A DNA stretch of 40,862 bases, taken from contig VGSE01000003.1 of assembly GCA_016875135.1 (NCBI GenBank), positions 1 to 40,862 on the forward strand, written 5' to 3'. Both the position numbers and the translations under genes were made by a program. Source of the stretch: Deltaproteobacteria bacterium. Its GTDB lineage: Bacteria; Bdellovibrionota; FAC87; UBA2466. Position 1 is the first letter of the stretch; every line of letters begins with the position of its first letter. Below the pieces are notes generated by a model. It searched no databases. It was not told where the DNA came from and saw only the letters and a list, made by a program, of their open reading frames with translations. Positions 8,769 through 19,920 of this stretch are shown in pieces.

Positions 8769-9968
8769 TTAAAGTGGAAATGCCTCACTAGTGTTTTCAA
8801 ACTGCCCACGAAGTTGAACTTCTTGCAGAAGTTCTTCCTTCTGTTTTTTAAGTTGCGGGGTTAGTTCAGCGTAAACATCCTCGAAGAGATCCATAGGATC
8901 GGGAGGTGGCTCTGCTTCGGCTCGCTCAACAGCTTCCGCTAACTTTTTCTTTAACTCCTCTTGAAGAGCTTTTTCTTTCTTTTCATCCCAAATTTTTTTG
9001 CTTTCCAAATAGGTTCTAAGCCGCTTGATGGGATCTCGCTTTGCCCAGGCTTGATACAACTTTTCATCCCGATATCTTGTCGGATCATCAGAAGAAGAAT
9101 GCGGACCCATTCTGAACGTTACACACTCAATTAAAGAGGGGCCCTCTCCTCGCCTGGCTCTATCTACCGCTTCCTTGGTGGCCTGATAAACAGCTAAAAT
9201 ATCGTTTCCATCGACTGCTATTCCAGGCATCCCATAACCGATTGCTTTATCAGCCAGTTTTTTTGCTCCCGTCTGCTTAGAGAGTGGGACGGAAATGGCA
9301 TACTGATTGTTTGTCACAATAAAAACTGACGGCGCTTTATAAGCTCCCGCAAAAGTAAGCCCTGTGTGAAAGTCGCTCTCCGAGGTTCCCCCATCGCCAC
9401 AGTAGGAGATAGCCACTTCTTTCGTCTTAGAAATTTTGGAAGCCATCGCGGCTCCGACCGCTTGAATCAGTTGGGTTGCTATGGGACTTGAAACGCTAAA
9501 CATTTTAATCTTGGGAAAACTATAATGGACCGGCATTTGTCTGCCCTTGGAAAGATCTCCTTGATTGCCCCACAAGTTACACAACATCTCGTAAATTCCA
9601 GCTCCTCGATACAGGAAGATCCCAGGCTCACGATAAGAAGGAAAAACCCAATCTTTTTCTACTAGTGCTGCTGCCGTGCCCGTTTGAATCGCTTCTTGAC
9701 CAAACGAGGGGACATAAAATCCGATTCGACCCTGTCGTTGAAGCATCATGCCTCTTTCATCAAAGGCTCGAGTTAAGGCCATATTTCGATACATTTTGAG
9801 AAGTAATTCTTTATCTAGTTTCGGATCCGCTTTAGGATCTACCGTACCATCTTCGTTCATCAGCCGGAAACAATCTTCCCTTAGAACAGAACAACTCATC
9901 GGCGCTTTTTCTGACTTGGTCGCTTGGTTTTTTATTTTTTTCTTCATTAAATCTGTTCCCGATTGCAT
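8769..9968 (-). CDS. 2-oxoacid dehydrogenase E1 alpha subunit, probably branched-chain type
   Basis: TPP motif GDG...NN and HSSSDD. RQGRIGFY, GRQMPVHY and SSPIATQ resemble branched-chain E1 alpha. Confidence 0.93.
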   Translation of the reverse strand: MQSGTDLMKKKIKNQATKSEKAPMSCSVLREDCFRLMNEDGTVDPKADPKLDKELLLKMYRNMALTRAFDERGMMLQRQGRIGFYVPSFGQEAIQTGTAAALVEKDWVFPSYREPGIFLYRGAGIYEMLCNLWGNQGDLSKGRQMPVHYSFPKIKMFSVSSPIATQLIQAVGAAMASKISKTKEVAISYCGDGGTSESDFHTGLTFAGAYKAPSVFIVTNNQYAISVPLSKQTGAKKLADKAIGYGMPGIAVDGNDILAVYQATKEAVDRARRGEGPSLIECVTFRMGPHSSSDDPTRYRDEKLYQAWAKRDPIKRLRTYLESKKIWDEKKEKALQEELKKKLAEAVERAEAEPPPDPMDLFEDVYAELTPQLKKQKEELLQEVQLRGQFENTSEAFPL

Positions 9969-9970
9969 AG

Positions 9971-10867
9971 TTAGTTGGCCCTCGAACGCAATAATCCTTC
10001 AAGAAACTTTTCAGCGGCTCTATAAGAACTTCTTACGAGCGGTCCCGATGGAACGCAGAGAAACCCTTTCTCTAGTCCGACTTTTTCATACTCTTTAAAA
10101 ACATCTGGATGAACATATTCTTCGACGGGCAAGTGCCATGTCGTAGGTCTCAAATACTGCCCAAAAGTCACAATCTGAACTCCAGCAGCTCGCAAATCAT
10201 CCATCGCCTTGAAAATTTCTTCCCTGGATTCACCCAAACCCACCATCACTGATGATTTGGTGTAAATTTTAGGGAAGTACTCTTTGACCTTCTTTAAGAC
10301 GTCCAACGACTGCTGATATCCGCACCGCCTATCACGGACTGTTGAAGTAAGTCTTTCTACTGTTTCGATATTGTGAGCAATGACATCCACACCCGAAAGA
10401 CAAATACGCTCGATACTTTTTTCGTTCCCTTGAAAATCAGGGATTAAAACCTCTACTAAGGTCTCAGGACGTCGCTTTTTTATTTCCTCGACAGTTCGAG
10501 CAAAATGATCGGCTCCACCATCAGCAAGATCATCTCGATCGACTGAAGTTAAAACCACGTACCTGAGCTTTAATTCCGCTATTGCCGAAGCCACGTTAAC
10601 CGGTTCATTAGCGTCCAATTCTCTTTTGGGGTTTCCGCTCTTGACATGGCAGAACCGGCAAGCCCGCGTGCAGGTATCACCCATCAGCATTACGGTGGCA
10701 GTTCCCCCACCCCAGCACTCAGCTACATTGGGACAACGAGCTTCTTCACACACCGTATGAAGCTTCAAACCTCTTAACAGCTCTTTAATACGTGAATAAT
10801 TTTCGCCACCTGGGGGACGAATTTTAAGCCACTCCGGCTTTGGGGTTGTATGAGAAACTGAGGCCAT
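9971..10867 (-). CDS. lipA: Lipoyl synthase
   Basis: CEEARCPNVAEC, radical SAM CTRACRFC and C-terminal VRSSY. Confidence 0.97.
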   Translation of the reverse strand: MASVSHTTPKPEWLKIRPPGGENYSRIKELLRGLKLHTVCEEARCPNVAECWGGGTATVMLMGDTCTRACRFCHVKSGNPKRELDANEPVNVASAIAELKLRYVVLTSVDRDDLADGGADHFARTVEEIKKRRPETLVEVLIPDFQGNEKSIERICLSGVDVIAHNIETVERLTSTVRDRRCGYQQSLDVLKKVKEYFPKIYTKSSVMVGLGESREEIFKAMDDLRAAGVQIVTFGQYLRPTTWHLPVEEYVHPDVFKEYEKVGLEKGFLCVPSGPLVRSSYRAAEKFLEGLLRSRAN

Positions 10868-10878
10868 AGTTACTTGAA

Positions 10879-10907
10879 TTTGTAATAGAAAAAGGGGGGT
10901 TAGGCAA
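10879..10907 (-). promoter_or_regulatory. Candidate sigma70 promoter for the lipA operon
   Basis: TTGCCT-17 bp-TACAAA ending 11 bp before the lipA ATG. Confidence 0.35.
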
Positions 10908-10941
10908 TCTGCACGGTAGCGAAATTTCTAGGATATGAACC

Positions 10942-11598
10942 CTAAACCCCTCGTTGGTCCTCTCCCCAGATCTCTTTATGTTGTTGAGTCTGAAGAGTTA
11001 CGGGTGCCTTAGCCGACAAAATCCAACCGGCTAATTCGGCGGGTTTTACCAATCCGAAGGCTGGAGAATAGAGAACAGTGCACCGCTCATGAAGGCGGTT
11101 TTTGTGACAAATATCTTGCGCCCATTCAAAATCCTTTTGGGAAGCGACAACAAACTTGAACTGATCCTGTTTTTGGACCAGATCAAAATTGTCCCAGGCC
11201 ATCTTTTCAGATTCGCCGCTGTCGGGGCACTTAATATCAATGACTTTAATGACTTCCTGAGGGACATCTTTGACAGAGAAACTGCCGTTCGTTTCCAAAG
11301 AGACAATGTATTCCGCTTTGATGAGTGCGTTTAACAACTCTAAAGTCCCTCGCTGACTTAAGGGCTCACCACCGGTTACACAGGCATATTGAGTTTCAAA
11401 CGGTTTTATTTTTTCTAAGATTTCAGGGACGGTCATTAGGGTCCCTTCCCAATAGGCATATTTAGTATCGCACCAAGTGCAACGGAGATTGCAATAGGAT
11501 GTTCGGATAAATGCCGTGGGCTTCCCAGCTAATAGACTTTCGCCCTGGATACTATGAAAAATTTCATTAATTTTTATTTTTACTTCATCCATCAGCAT
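10942..11598 (-). CDS. queE: 7-carboxy-7-deazaguanine synthase (radical SAM)
   Basis: EIFHSIQGE, FIRTSYCNLRCTWCDTKYA, TGGEPL, ETNG and QQHK. Confidence 0.88.
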   Translation of the reverse strand: MLMDEVKIKINEIFHSIQGESLLAGKPTAFIRTSYCNLRCTWCDTKYAYWEGTLMTVPEILEKIKPFETQYACVTGGEPLSQRGTLELLNALIKAEYIVSLETNGSFSVKDVPQEVIKVIDIKCPDSGESEKMAWDNFDLVQKQDQFKFVVASQKDFEWAQDICHKNRLHERCTVLYSPAFGLVKPAELAGWILSAKAPVTLQTQQHKEIWGEDQRGV

Positions 11599-11990
11599 TA
11601 ATGGGAAATCTGCTGTCGGACTAAGGCGCGTTCTAACTTAAGTTGTTGTTTTCTAAAATCAGGATCACTTAAAATACCAATCAAAGCCTGTTCAGCTCGT
11701 TTCTGAGCTGTCTGAGCCCGAGCTTTATCAACATCCTTTGACTCTTCGACGGTATCTGCAAGAACTAAGACCTTGTTATTTCTGATTTCAGCGAAACCGT
11801 AACTAATAGCAAACTTACGTTCTCTACCGTCTTTGGTAAATACCAAGGGTCCTGTCTTTAACAGTGTTAACAGATCTGTGTGTCCATCCAAAATTTCTAG
11901 CTCGCCTTTGGCTCCCGGCAACTTAATGTTGTCCGCAGTAGCTCCTTCGACTAGCTTTTTCGTTGGAGTCACAATGTCTAGTTTAAGCAT
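11598..11990 (-). CDS. atpC: ATP synthase F1 epsilon
   Basis: LDIVTP, LPGAKGELEILDGH, GFAE; follows atpD. Confidence 0.95.
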   Translation of the reverse strand: MLKLDIVTPTKKLVEGATADNIKLPGAKGELEILDGHTDLLTLLKTGPLVFTKDGRERKFAISYGFAEIRNNKVLVLADTVEESKDVDKARAQTAQKRAEQALIGILSDPDFRKQQLKLERALVRQQISH

Positions 11991-11993
11991 GAA

Positions 11994-13427
<1,434 letters not shown>

Positions 13428-13445
13428 TTAAAACTAAAAAATCCT

Positions 13446-14330
13446 TTATTTCATGGCCTCCACGCCACCTACAATTTCCATCAGCTCTTTTGTAATCGCT
13501 GCTTGTCGTGCTTTGTTGTAGAGCAAAGTGAGGTCCTCAATCATCTCAGATGCATTCTTGGAAGCATTCTCCATGGCTGACATTCGAGCCCCATGCTCAC
13601 TGGCAACTGATTCCAGCACGCAACGGAAAAACTGCATATAAAAGTGTTTGGGTACAATTTCGTTTAATATTTCTTCCTTGGAAGGTTCGAATATGTAGTT
13701 TTTAAATCGTTCGTCCTCTCCAACTTTTAATATTCCGACGACTCCCTCAGGCACTTCTGTGGCCACGGGTATCAATCTCTCAACAGTGACTCTTTGCTGA
13801 ATAGCAGATTTGAATTCATTGTAGACCAAATAAATGGCATCAAACTCTTCTTTTAAGTACGCATTTAGTATCTCTTGCGCGATATGAACCGCCTTAGCGT
13901 AGGTTACTTTGGCGAGAAGCCCTTCATGATACGTTGCTATGGGCTGTCTTTTCTTGAAAAAATCATTCGCTTTTTTGCCGATAACATCAAGTGTGACTTC
14001 GATCCCTTGGGCCTGTTTCGACTTAATAAATCGTTGCGCCTCTTTAAACACGCTCGCGTTATAAGATCCACAAAGACCTCGATCTCCTGCCACCACGACT
14101 AATCTAATCTTTTTTTCTTCTCGGCTAACAAGAAGGGGATGTTGAATACCTTCTTTTTTAAATAGAGAAAGCAAAATGGAGTAGATTCGATAGGCAAAAG
14201 GTCTGGTGTTGAGAATGGCCTCTTGTGCTCGTCTTAGCTTAGCAGCAGCCACCATTTTCATCGCCCGAGTGATCTGGCGAGTGTTTTGGACTGAGCTAAT
14301 CCGCTTTCGTATTTCCTTACGATCTGCCAT
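13446..14330 (-). CDS. atpG: ATP synthase F1 gamma
   Basis: ITRAMKMVAAAK, DRGLCG and RQAAITKELMEI. Confidence 0.98.
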   Translation of the reverse strand: MADRKEIRKRISSVQNTRQITRAMKMVAAAKLRRAQEAILNTRPFAYRIYSILLSLFKKEGIQHPLLVSREEKKIRLVVVAGDRGLCGSYNASVFKEAQRFIKSKQAQGIEVTLDVIGKKANDFFKKRQPIATYHEGLLAKVTYAKAVHIAQEILNAYLKEEFDAIYLVYNEFKSAIQQRVTVERLIPVATEVPEGVVGILKVGEDERFKNYIFEPSKEEILNEIVPKHFYMQFFRCVLESVASEHGARMSAMENASKNASEMIEDLTLLYNKARQAAITKELMEIVGGVEAMK

Positions 14331-14342
14331 GGTACCTTCTCA

Positions 14343-15851
14343 TTAAGCGAAACTTGCCCCAAATTCCTCTAATGCTTTAACAAGCACTGGTTTGACTTGG
14401 TCATCGATCGCTTTTTTCGTTCGAATGTCTTCAAAAAGCTTCGGATACTTTTGCTCAACAAAATCGAATAGTTCTTTTTCATAAGCGCCCACTCGAGAAG
14501 TGGGAATCTTGTCTAGGTACCCGTTTGTTCCAGCGTAAATAATCACAACCTGTTTCTCTACGGGCTGAGGGACATACTGCCCTTGCTTCAAGACTGCAAC
14601 CATACGCTCGCCACGGGCCAACTGATCTTGAGTAGCTTTATCAAGATCGGATCCAAATTGTGCGAATGCGGCCATTGCTCTGTACTGAGCTAGCGACAAT
14701 CGCAAGTTACCCGCAATAGCTTTCATCGCTTTTGTTTGAGCGCTACCGCCCACCCGCGACACTGATAAACCTACGTTAATGGCAGGTCGAACCCCTGAGT
14801 AAAACAGATCGGTATCTAAGAAAATCTGGCCATCAGTAATTGAAATCACATTGGTTGGAATATAAGCTGATACGTCGCCAGCTTGAGTTTCAATGATAGG
14901 CAAAGCAGTTAAGCTTCCGCCACCTTCTTTATCGCTGAGTTTAGCGGCCCTCTCCAATAACCGGCTGTGGATATAAAACACATCTCCAGGATACGCTTCC
15001 CGACCGGGTGGCCGTCTCAACAAGAGCGACAATTGACGATAAGCTGCTGCTTGTTTTGTTAAGTCGTCATAAACTATCAAGGCATGCTTACCATTATCTC
15101 GGAACCACTCACCCATTGTTACGCCCGCATAAGGAGCGATGTACTGAAGGGGGGCAGAAGCGCTGGCAGTGGCAGAAACTACAATCGTGTAATCCATTGC
15201 TCCAGCAGCCCTTAGCTTATCTACAACTAGCGCTACTGTTGAGTTTTTTTGCCCGATAGCTACGTAGATACAAAATACACCTTGGCCTTTTTGGTTAATG
15301 ATGGTGTCGATTGCAACTGCGGTTTTACCCGTTTGTCGGTCACCAATAATAAGTTCTCGTTGACCACGACCAATTGGAACCATGGCATCAATAGCTTTAA
15401 TGCCGGTTTGTAACGGCTCCCTAACTGATTGTCGCTTAACAATACCAGGGGCTTTAATTTCAACGTTTCTAAATTCTTTAGAGTTAAGAGCACCCATTCC
15501 ATCAATCGGTTGCCCTAAAGCATCAACAACTCTTCCTACAAGAGCCTCACCCACTGGAACTTGCAAGATTCTTCCGGTTCTTTTGACAATATTGCCTTCT
15601 TTGACTGCAGCAACATCACCAAACACCGCAACCCCGACACTCTCTTCGTCAAGATTTAAAACCACACCATATAGGCCGCCCGGGAACTCAACCATCTCTC
15701 CGGCCATGGCCCCTTGGAGCCCATAAATTCGAGCAACCCCGTCACCAACATTAAGAACAGTTCCAGTTTCTGCAACTTGAACCTCTTTATCAAAATCTTC
15801 TATTCGCTTTCGTATAATTTCACTAATTTCATCAGCGCGAATTTGTTGCAT
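14343..15851 (-). CDS. atpA: ATP synthase F1 alpha
   Basis: GDRQTGKT and [15 protein letters not shown]. Confidence 0.99.
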   Translation of the reverse strand: MQQIRADEISEIIRKRIEDFDKEVQVAETGTVLNVGDGVARIYGLQGAMAGEMVEFPGGLYGVVLNLDEESVGVAVFGDVAAVKEGNIVKRTGRILQVPVGEALVGRVVDALGQPIDGMGALNSKEFRNVEIKAPGIVKRQSVREPLQTGIKAIDAMVPIGRGQRELIIGDRQTGKTAVAIDTIINQKGQGVFCIYVAIGQKNSTVALVVDKLRAAGAMDYTIVVSATASASAPLQYIAPYAGVTMGEWFRDNGKHALIVYDDLTKQAAAYRQLSLLLRRPPGREAYPGDVFYIHSRLLERAAKLSDKEGGGSLTALPIIETQAGDVSAYIPTNVISITDGQIFLDTDLFYSGVRPAINVGLSVSRVGGSAQTKAMKAIAGNLRLSLAQYRAMAAFAQFGSDLDKATQDQLARGERMVAVLKQGQYVPQPVEKQVVIIYAGTNGYLDKIPTSRVGAYEKELFDFVEQKYPKLFEDIRTKKAIDDQVKPVLVKALEEFGASFA

Positions 15852-15862
15852 GTTTCCTCCAA

Positions 15863-16405
15863 TTAACCCGATATTAAATTTTCTTCGAAGCTATGTAACC
15901 AGCCCATTAATGAACCATCGTAAGTTCTTCCCCCGACAGTAGCTTTAATACCGCCGATTAAAGTGGGGTCCACTTTATACCTAGCTTCTACTTTTTTTCC
16001 TAAAATCGTCCGAAATTTTTCTTCTATTTTCTTTTTTTCGTTCGCTTCTAAGTTAGTTGCTGTTTCGACATTTAAAGAAACCACATTGGCAGATTCCAAT
16101 ACAATAAGCTGGAGTCGCTCAGCTATGGAAGCCACATGGTCTAATCGTTTGGCAACACAAAGAACTAACAAAACTTTTTTGGCCTCAACAGAAAGCTTGG
16201 CCCTTGAAACTAAATCCTCAACAATCAAGTTTCTTTCGGCTTCTGAATACACATGGCTAGTAAGAACGAAAGTGAGTTCTTTGTGGCCCTCTAAAATGAA
16301 AGCAAACTCTTTAAGTTCAGAAATAAGAGTGCGAGCCTTTGCCTCGTCTTTTAAATAATCAAAAATTGCCTTTGCATATCGCTGTGAAACTTTATCTTGT
16401 GCCAT
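15863..16405 (-). CDS. atpH: ATP synthase F1 delta
   Basis: [19 protein letters not shown]; position in the operon. Confidence 0.93.
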   Translation of the reverse strand: MAQDKVSQRYAKAIFDYLKDEAKARTLISELKEFAFILEGHKELTFVLTSHVYSEAERNLIVEDLVSRAKLSVEAKKVLLVLCVAKRLDHVASIAERLQLIVLESANVVSLNVETATNLEANEKKKIEEKFRTILGKKVEARYKVDPTLIGGIKATVGGRTYDGSLMGWLHSFEENLISG

Positions 16406-16874
16406 GGCCTACCAAACCTACAAACTCGGTCACAAGCTTGTGTTTTTCTTGTGCCGGTAAATGTTCTCCCAAATAAAGCTCCGCAAGCTCTACACTTCTT
16501 TCTATCGCTTCAGTTTGCAGCCCTTTTTTTGCTTTTAAAATTTCTCCGGAGCTCAAGAGCTCGGCTTCTTTTTTTATTCTTTCTGCTTCGTGAGTAGCTT
16601 CAAATAAGGTCTTGTCTTTAAATCTTTTCAGGCTGGCAACACCATTATTTTTATCCTGTTCAGCATGTGAATGGGCCTGCCTCCAGTTGCTCTCCCAAGT
16701 AAGCAATTCCTGTCGAGCTTCTTGCACCAGCTTCTCAGCTTCATCAATGGCTTTTTTTACCGCCTCTGATCGCGAGACCAAAAAGCTTGCAAATGGTTTT
16801 CTGCCAAAAAAAACAAAAATACCTACCATTACACTAAAATTGAGAACGCTTGCTATAACAACACTAGTTTCCAT
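16392..16874 (-). CDS. atpF: ATP synthase F0 subunit b
   Basis: N-terminal TM helix (VLNF...KP...R) followed by a charged coiled coil. Confidence 0.88.
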   Translation of the reverse strand: METSVVIASVLNFSVMVGIFVFFGRKPFASFLVSRSEAVKKAIDEAEKLVQEARQELLTWESNWRQAHSHAEQDKNNGVASLKRFKDKTLFEATHEAERIKKEAELLSSGEILKAKKGLQTEAIERSVELAELYLGEHLPAQEKHKLVTEFVGLVGHGTR

Positions 16875-16876
16875 CG

Positions 16877-17392
16877 TTATCCTTGCACCACCGGACGCTC
16901 AGCTTTGTTTTTTTTTAAATCAACCTTATCTCCGGTAATGTTGACCGCTTTTCCTATTAACTTGCTCGCAATTCGACTAGCAAAATCCGAAATCATTGGG
17001 GTCAATTCTGTACGCGCCTTTGTCGTGTCGGTTCCGATCTGTCTTCTTAAATCCTCTAACCTTTTTGAGGCTTCGTCTCTGGCGCTTTGAACTATTTTTT
17101 GCTCTTCGTCAGTTATTTTTTTCTTTTCTTCCTCAAGCCAAGTAGAATTTTTTTTGTGCTCAGCCTTGATAAAAGCCTCATAGTCTTCTTTTAACTTCGC
17201 CACTTTATGTTTGGTCTGTTCAGCCTCTTCTTTGAATCCGTGAGTTTTGTGTTCTCGAATATGAAAAAGTTCAATTAATGGTTTGAAAACCAAAATTTTC
17301 ATGACGGCAAAGCTTGATAGAAATAAGGCAAGCTGAATAACAAATTCGATCCCGAATTGTTTATCTAAGACCAGCCCTTCCATAACTTCCAT
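16877..17392 (-). CDS. ATP synthase F0 subunit b' (second b-type subunit)
   Basis: IQLALF...LVFKPL...RE TM motif plus coiled coil; first gene of the F1 operon. Confidence 0.85.
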   Translation of the reverse strand: MEVMEGLVLDKQFGIEFVIQLALFLSSFAVMKILVFKPLIELFHIREHKTHGFKEEAEQTKHKVAKLKEDYEAFIKAEHKKNSTWLEEEKKKITDEEQKIVQSARDEASKRLEDLRRQIGTDTTKARTELTPMISDFASRIASKLIGKAVNITGDKVDLKKNKAERPVVQG

Positions 17393-17435
17393 GACAACCC
17401 TCTATTGACATTGTTGTGGCAGTTTCAGTTGCTTT

Positions 17436-17464
17436 GATTTACAGCCCAAGCGCAGGCGTGTCAA
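17436..17464 (-). promoter_or_regulatory. Candidate sigma70 promoter for the atp F1 operon
   Basis: Perfect TTGACA, 17 bp spacer, TAAATC. Confidence 0.5.
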
Positions 17465-17508
17465 GAAAGGGGATGAGTTTTTGCGCAGTATTTTTGGGAT
17501 CTTAGTCG

Positions 17509-17913
17509 TTAATTTGGTGCTTCTTGTCTAGGACGGCCCGAAAGGGGCCCGAGCATTTTGGTCTTTCCATCAAACACAGCCCCCTCTTCAATTTGAAGAA
17601 TGGCCGTTTGAACCGTGCCGCGAACAACGGCCGGAGCCTGAATTTCAACCCTCTGAGTGGCGTAAACATCGCCCGAAAAATGTCCTGAAATTACAACTAC
17701 ATCCGCCTCAATTTGCCCCGAAACTTGTGCATCGTCCCCAATAATGAGAATGTCAGGAGTAAAAATTTCTCCTTTAAAACTCCCATCGATACGGGCAGTT
17801 CCTTCAAATTGAAGTCGCCCTTCCAGGTGACACCCCTTTTGAAGAACTACCGTAACTTCGTGGCTAACCAGCGGTAGGTCAAATGGATCCGGTCGGCGAT
17901 GGAACATTTTCAC
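17509..17913 (-). CDS. Bactofilin (polymer-forming cytoskeletal protein)
   Basis: Beta-helix pattern G..LEG.L.FEG.ARIDG.F.GEI...LIIG..A.V.G.I.A..V...IEEGAVFDG. Overlaps the parB 3' end; start GTG 17913 or ATG 17907. Confidence 0.9.
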   Translation of the reverse strand: MKMFHRRPDPFDLPLVSHEVTVVLQKGCHLEGRLQFEGTARIDGSFKGEIFTPDILIIGDDAQVSGQIEADVVVISGHFSGDVYATQRVEIQAPAVVRGTVQTAILQIEEGAVFDGKTKMLGPLSGRPRQEAPN

Positions 17914-18799
17914 CTTTTAACTCATCTGCTAGGCGCATCAAGTCTTCACGCGATGCGTAGCTAAGTTGAATGAGCCCTTTTGTCTCGTTTCCAATGATTT
18001 TTACCATTGTTCCGTAAACTCGCTTCAAATCGTCTTCTAAAGCTCGAATGTGAACACTTTCTGGGCGCTCCGCATTATTTGGCCCATTTGCGTTATCTCT
18101 TAATACCTCGTTTACTTTACGCTCCGTTTCTCGAACGGACAGCTTTTTTCTTACGATCAATTCTCGAACGGCTAATTGATCCTCTGCCTTCTCCAAAGAA
18201 AGAAGGGCTCGAGCATGACCCATCGTAATTTTTCCGGCTGTGATATCTTCGCGAATGACAGCAGGCAGCTTTAAAAGTCGCAAAGTGTTCGCGACAGTAG
18301 CCCGATTTTTTCCGACTCGTGTAGCAATGTCTTCTTGAGACAATTGAAACTCATCCATTAATTGCTGGTACGCAATGGCCTCTTCGATGCAATTAAGATC
18401 TTCTCTTTGAATGTTTTCGATAATAGCCATTTCCAAAGAGGCTTGATCTCCATCGATTTCTTTTACCACAACCGGAACCTGTTTTAATCCGGCGCGTTGA
18501 GCAGCTCGCCATCGACGCTCTCCAGCAATAAGTTCATATCGGCCGTCTTTTTGCCTAACGACCAGCGGTTGAATTATGCCATGAACCCGTACCGACTCGA
18601 CGAGCTCATCAAGCGCCTCTTTCTGAAAAATTTTTCTCGGCTGATAGGTGTTGGGAACTATTTTTTCTATGTCACAGAAGAATAAATCTTTCTTTAGCTG
18701 CACGCCGGGCAATGTCCCTTCAGGGCCTTGAGCCTCAGGGATCAAAGAAGCAAGACCCCTTCCAAGTGGTTTTTTTCTGTCGATATCAAGGGTTGCCAT
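17879..18799 (-). CDS. parB: Chromosome partitioning protein ParB
   Basis: LGRGL N-terminal peptide, QPRK, GERRWRA CTP motif, ENIQREDL and HTH. Confidence 0.98.
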   Translation of the reverse strand: MATLDIDRKKPLGRGLASLIPEAQGPEGTLPGVQLKKDLFFCDIEKIVPNTYQPRKIFQKEALDELVESVRVHGIIQPLVVRQKDGRYELIAGERRWRAAQRAGLKQVPVVVKEIDGDQASLEMAIIENIQREDLNCIEEAIAYQQLMDEFQLSQEDIATRVGKNRATVANTLRLLKLPAVIREDITAGKITMGHARALLSLEKAEDQLAVRELIVRKKLSVRETERKVNEVLRDNANGPNNAERPESVHIRALEDDLKRVYGTMVKIIGNETKGLIQLSYASREDLMRLADELKGENVPSPTGSI

Positions 18800-19706
18800 A
18801 TTCTACGCCTTTCTTTTCTGTTGGTCCGATGTCGTTTAAAACTTCAATTGGAATTTCAGGAAGCTCGTCTGAAATGACTTCTTCAGTTAAAATCTTGGTC
18901 TCGATTTTTTCAACCGCCTTATCCCCACCCTCAAGACGCCTTATAACCTCCTGCGCCAAATTCAAATAACTTTGGGAACCAGTCGAGCTAATATCGTAAA
19001 GAAGAACCGGCTTACCATGACTGGGACTTTCACTTAATTTCACATTTCTTGGAATGACCGTATCGAAAACGGTGCTCTTGAAATGACTTTTTACCTCTGT
19101 AACAACCTGTCGAGATAAATTATTTCTTGAATCGAACATCGTAAGAACGATACCTAACTGCTGAAGCTTTTTATTAAGCCCCTTACGAATAAGTTCTGCT
19201 GTGTGAAGGAACTGCCCGAGCCCCTCCATCGCATAGTACTCACACTGCAGGGGAATCAAATAATAATTTGCAGCTGTCAAAGCATTCAAAGTCAAAAGAC
19301 CTAAAGATGGTGGGCAATCGATAAAAATATAATCGAACTTAATCCCTTCAGATCTTTCCAACTCTTCGAACGCATTTTTTAGTCTTAGCTCTCTAGCGAT
19401 AGCCTGAACTAATTCAATTTCGGCTCCGCTAAGATTGTTGTCAGAAGGACAAACTTTTAAAAATTCAAGCCCTGTAGGATAGATCGCTTCTCGAATTGGC
19501 AGCTCATCAATAAGAACGTGATAAATGTTTTTATCGGGAAAAAGCGCCTTATCTAAACCTAAACCACTTGAGGCATTTCCTTGAGGATCCAGGTCAACCA
19601 ATAAAACTTTTTTTTCTGCCGCTGCTACGGATGCCGCGAGATTCACTGCTGTTGTGGTTTTCCCGACGCCACCCTTTTGATTTGCAATTGCTATGATATT
19701 TGCCAT
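18786..19706 (-). CDS. parA: Chromosome partitioning ATPase ParA/Soj
   Basis: KGGVGKTT, DLDPQGN, DCPPSLG and IPRNVKLSESPSHG. Confidence 0.98.
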   Translation of the reverse strand: MANIIAIANQKGGVGKTTTAVNLAASVAAAEKKVLLVDLDPQGNASSGLGLDKALFPDKNIYHVLIDELPIREAIYPTGLEFLKVCPSDNNLSGAEIELVQAIARELRLKNAFEELERSEGIKFDYIFIDCPPSLGLLTLNALTAANYYLIPLQCEYYAMEGLGQFLHTAELIRKGLNKKLQQLGIVLTMFDSRNNLSRQVVTEVKSHFKSTVFDTVIPRNVKLSESPSHGKPVLLYDISSTGSQSYLNLAQEVIRRLEGGDKAVEKIETKILTEEVISDELPEIPIEVLNDIGPTEKKGVEYGNP

Positions 19707-19766
19707 AAATTTTTTCGGATTAAAATTAGATTATGTGATTGATATTTCTATCATATTTTTTTTTAG

Positions 19767-19784
19767 TGTACAAAATTTTTTACA
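19767..19784. promoter_or_regulatory. Operator-like 18 bp palindrome upstream of parA
   Basis: TGTACAAAA/TTTTTTACA with one mismatch. Overlaps a candidate -35 of TTGTAC-17 bp-TAGAAA (19745..19773, minus strand). Confidence 0.4.
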
Positions 19785-19895
19785 ATAAAAATTTATTTCG
19801 CCCACTTGATTTTTGGGGCATTGAGCCATTTGAAGACAAGAAAGACTGTCAAGTGAGCCACCAAGAAAACTTCTATACCAGCTCCCTTTAAGTAC

Positions 19896-19911
19896 TGTTC
19901 CACGTGGAACA
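19896..19911. other. parS site 1 (intergenic)
   Basis: Perfect palindrome TGTTCCACGTGGAACA. Confidence 0.95.
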
Positions 19912-19920
19912 AAAAACCGA

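Noticed and set aside
10942-11598. queE as part of a deazaguanine DNA-modification (dpd) island
   Set aside because: No dpdA/tgt paralog, other dpd genes or mobility signs in the window.
19825-19852. Perfect TTGACA upstream of parA, and two more near 26317 and 26422
   Set aside because: No convincing -10 at 16-18 bp spacing.
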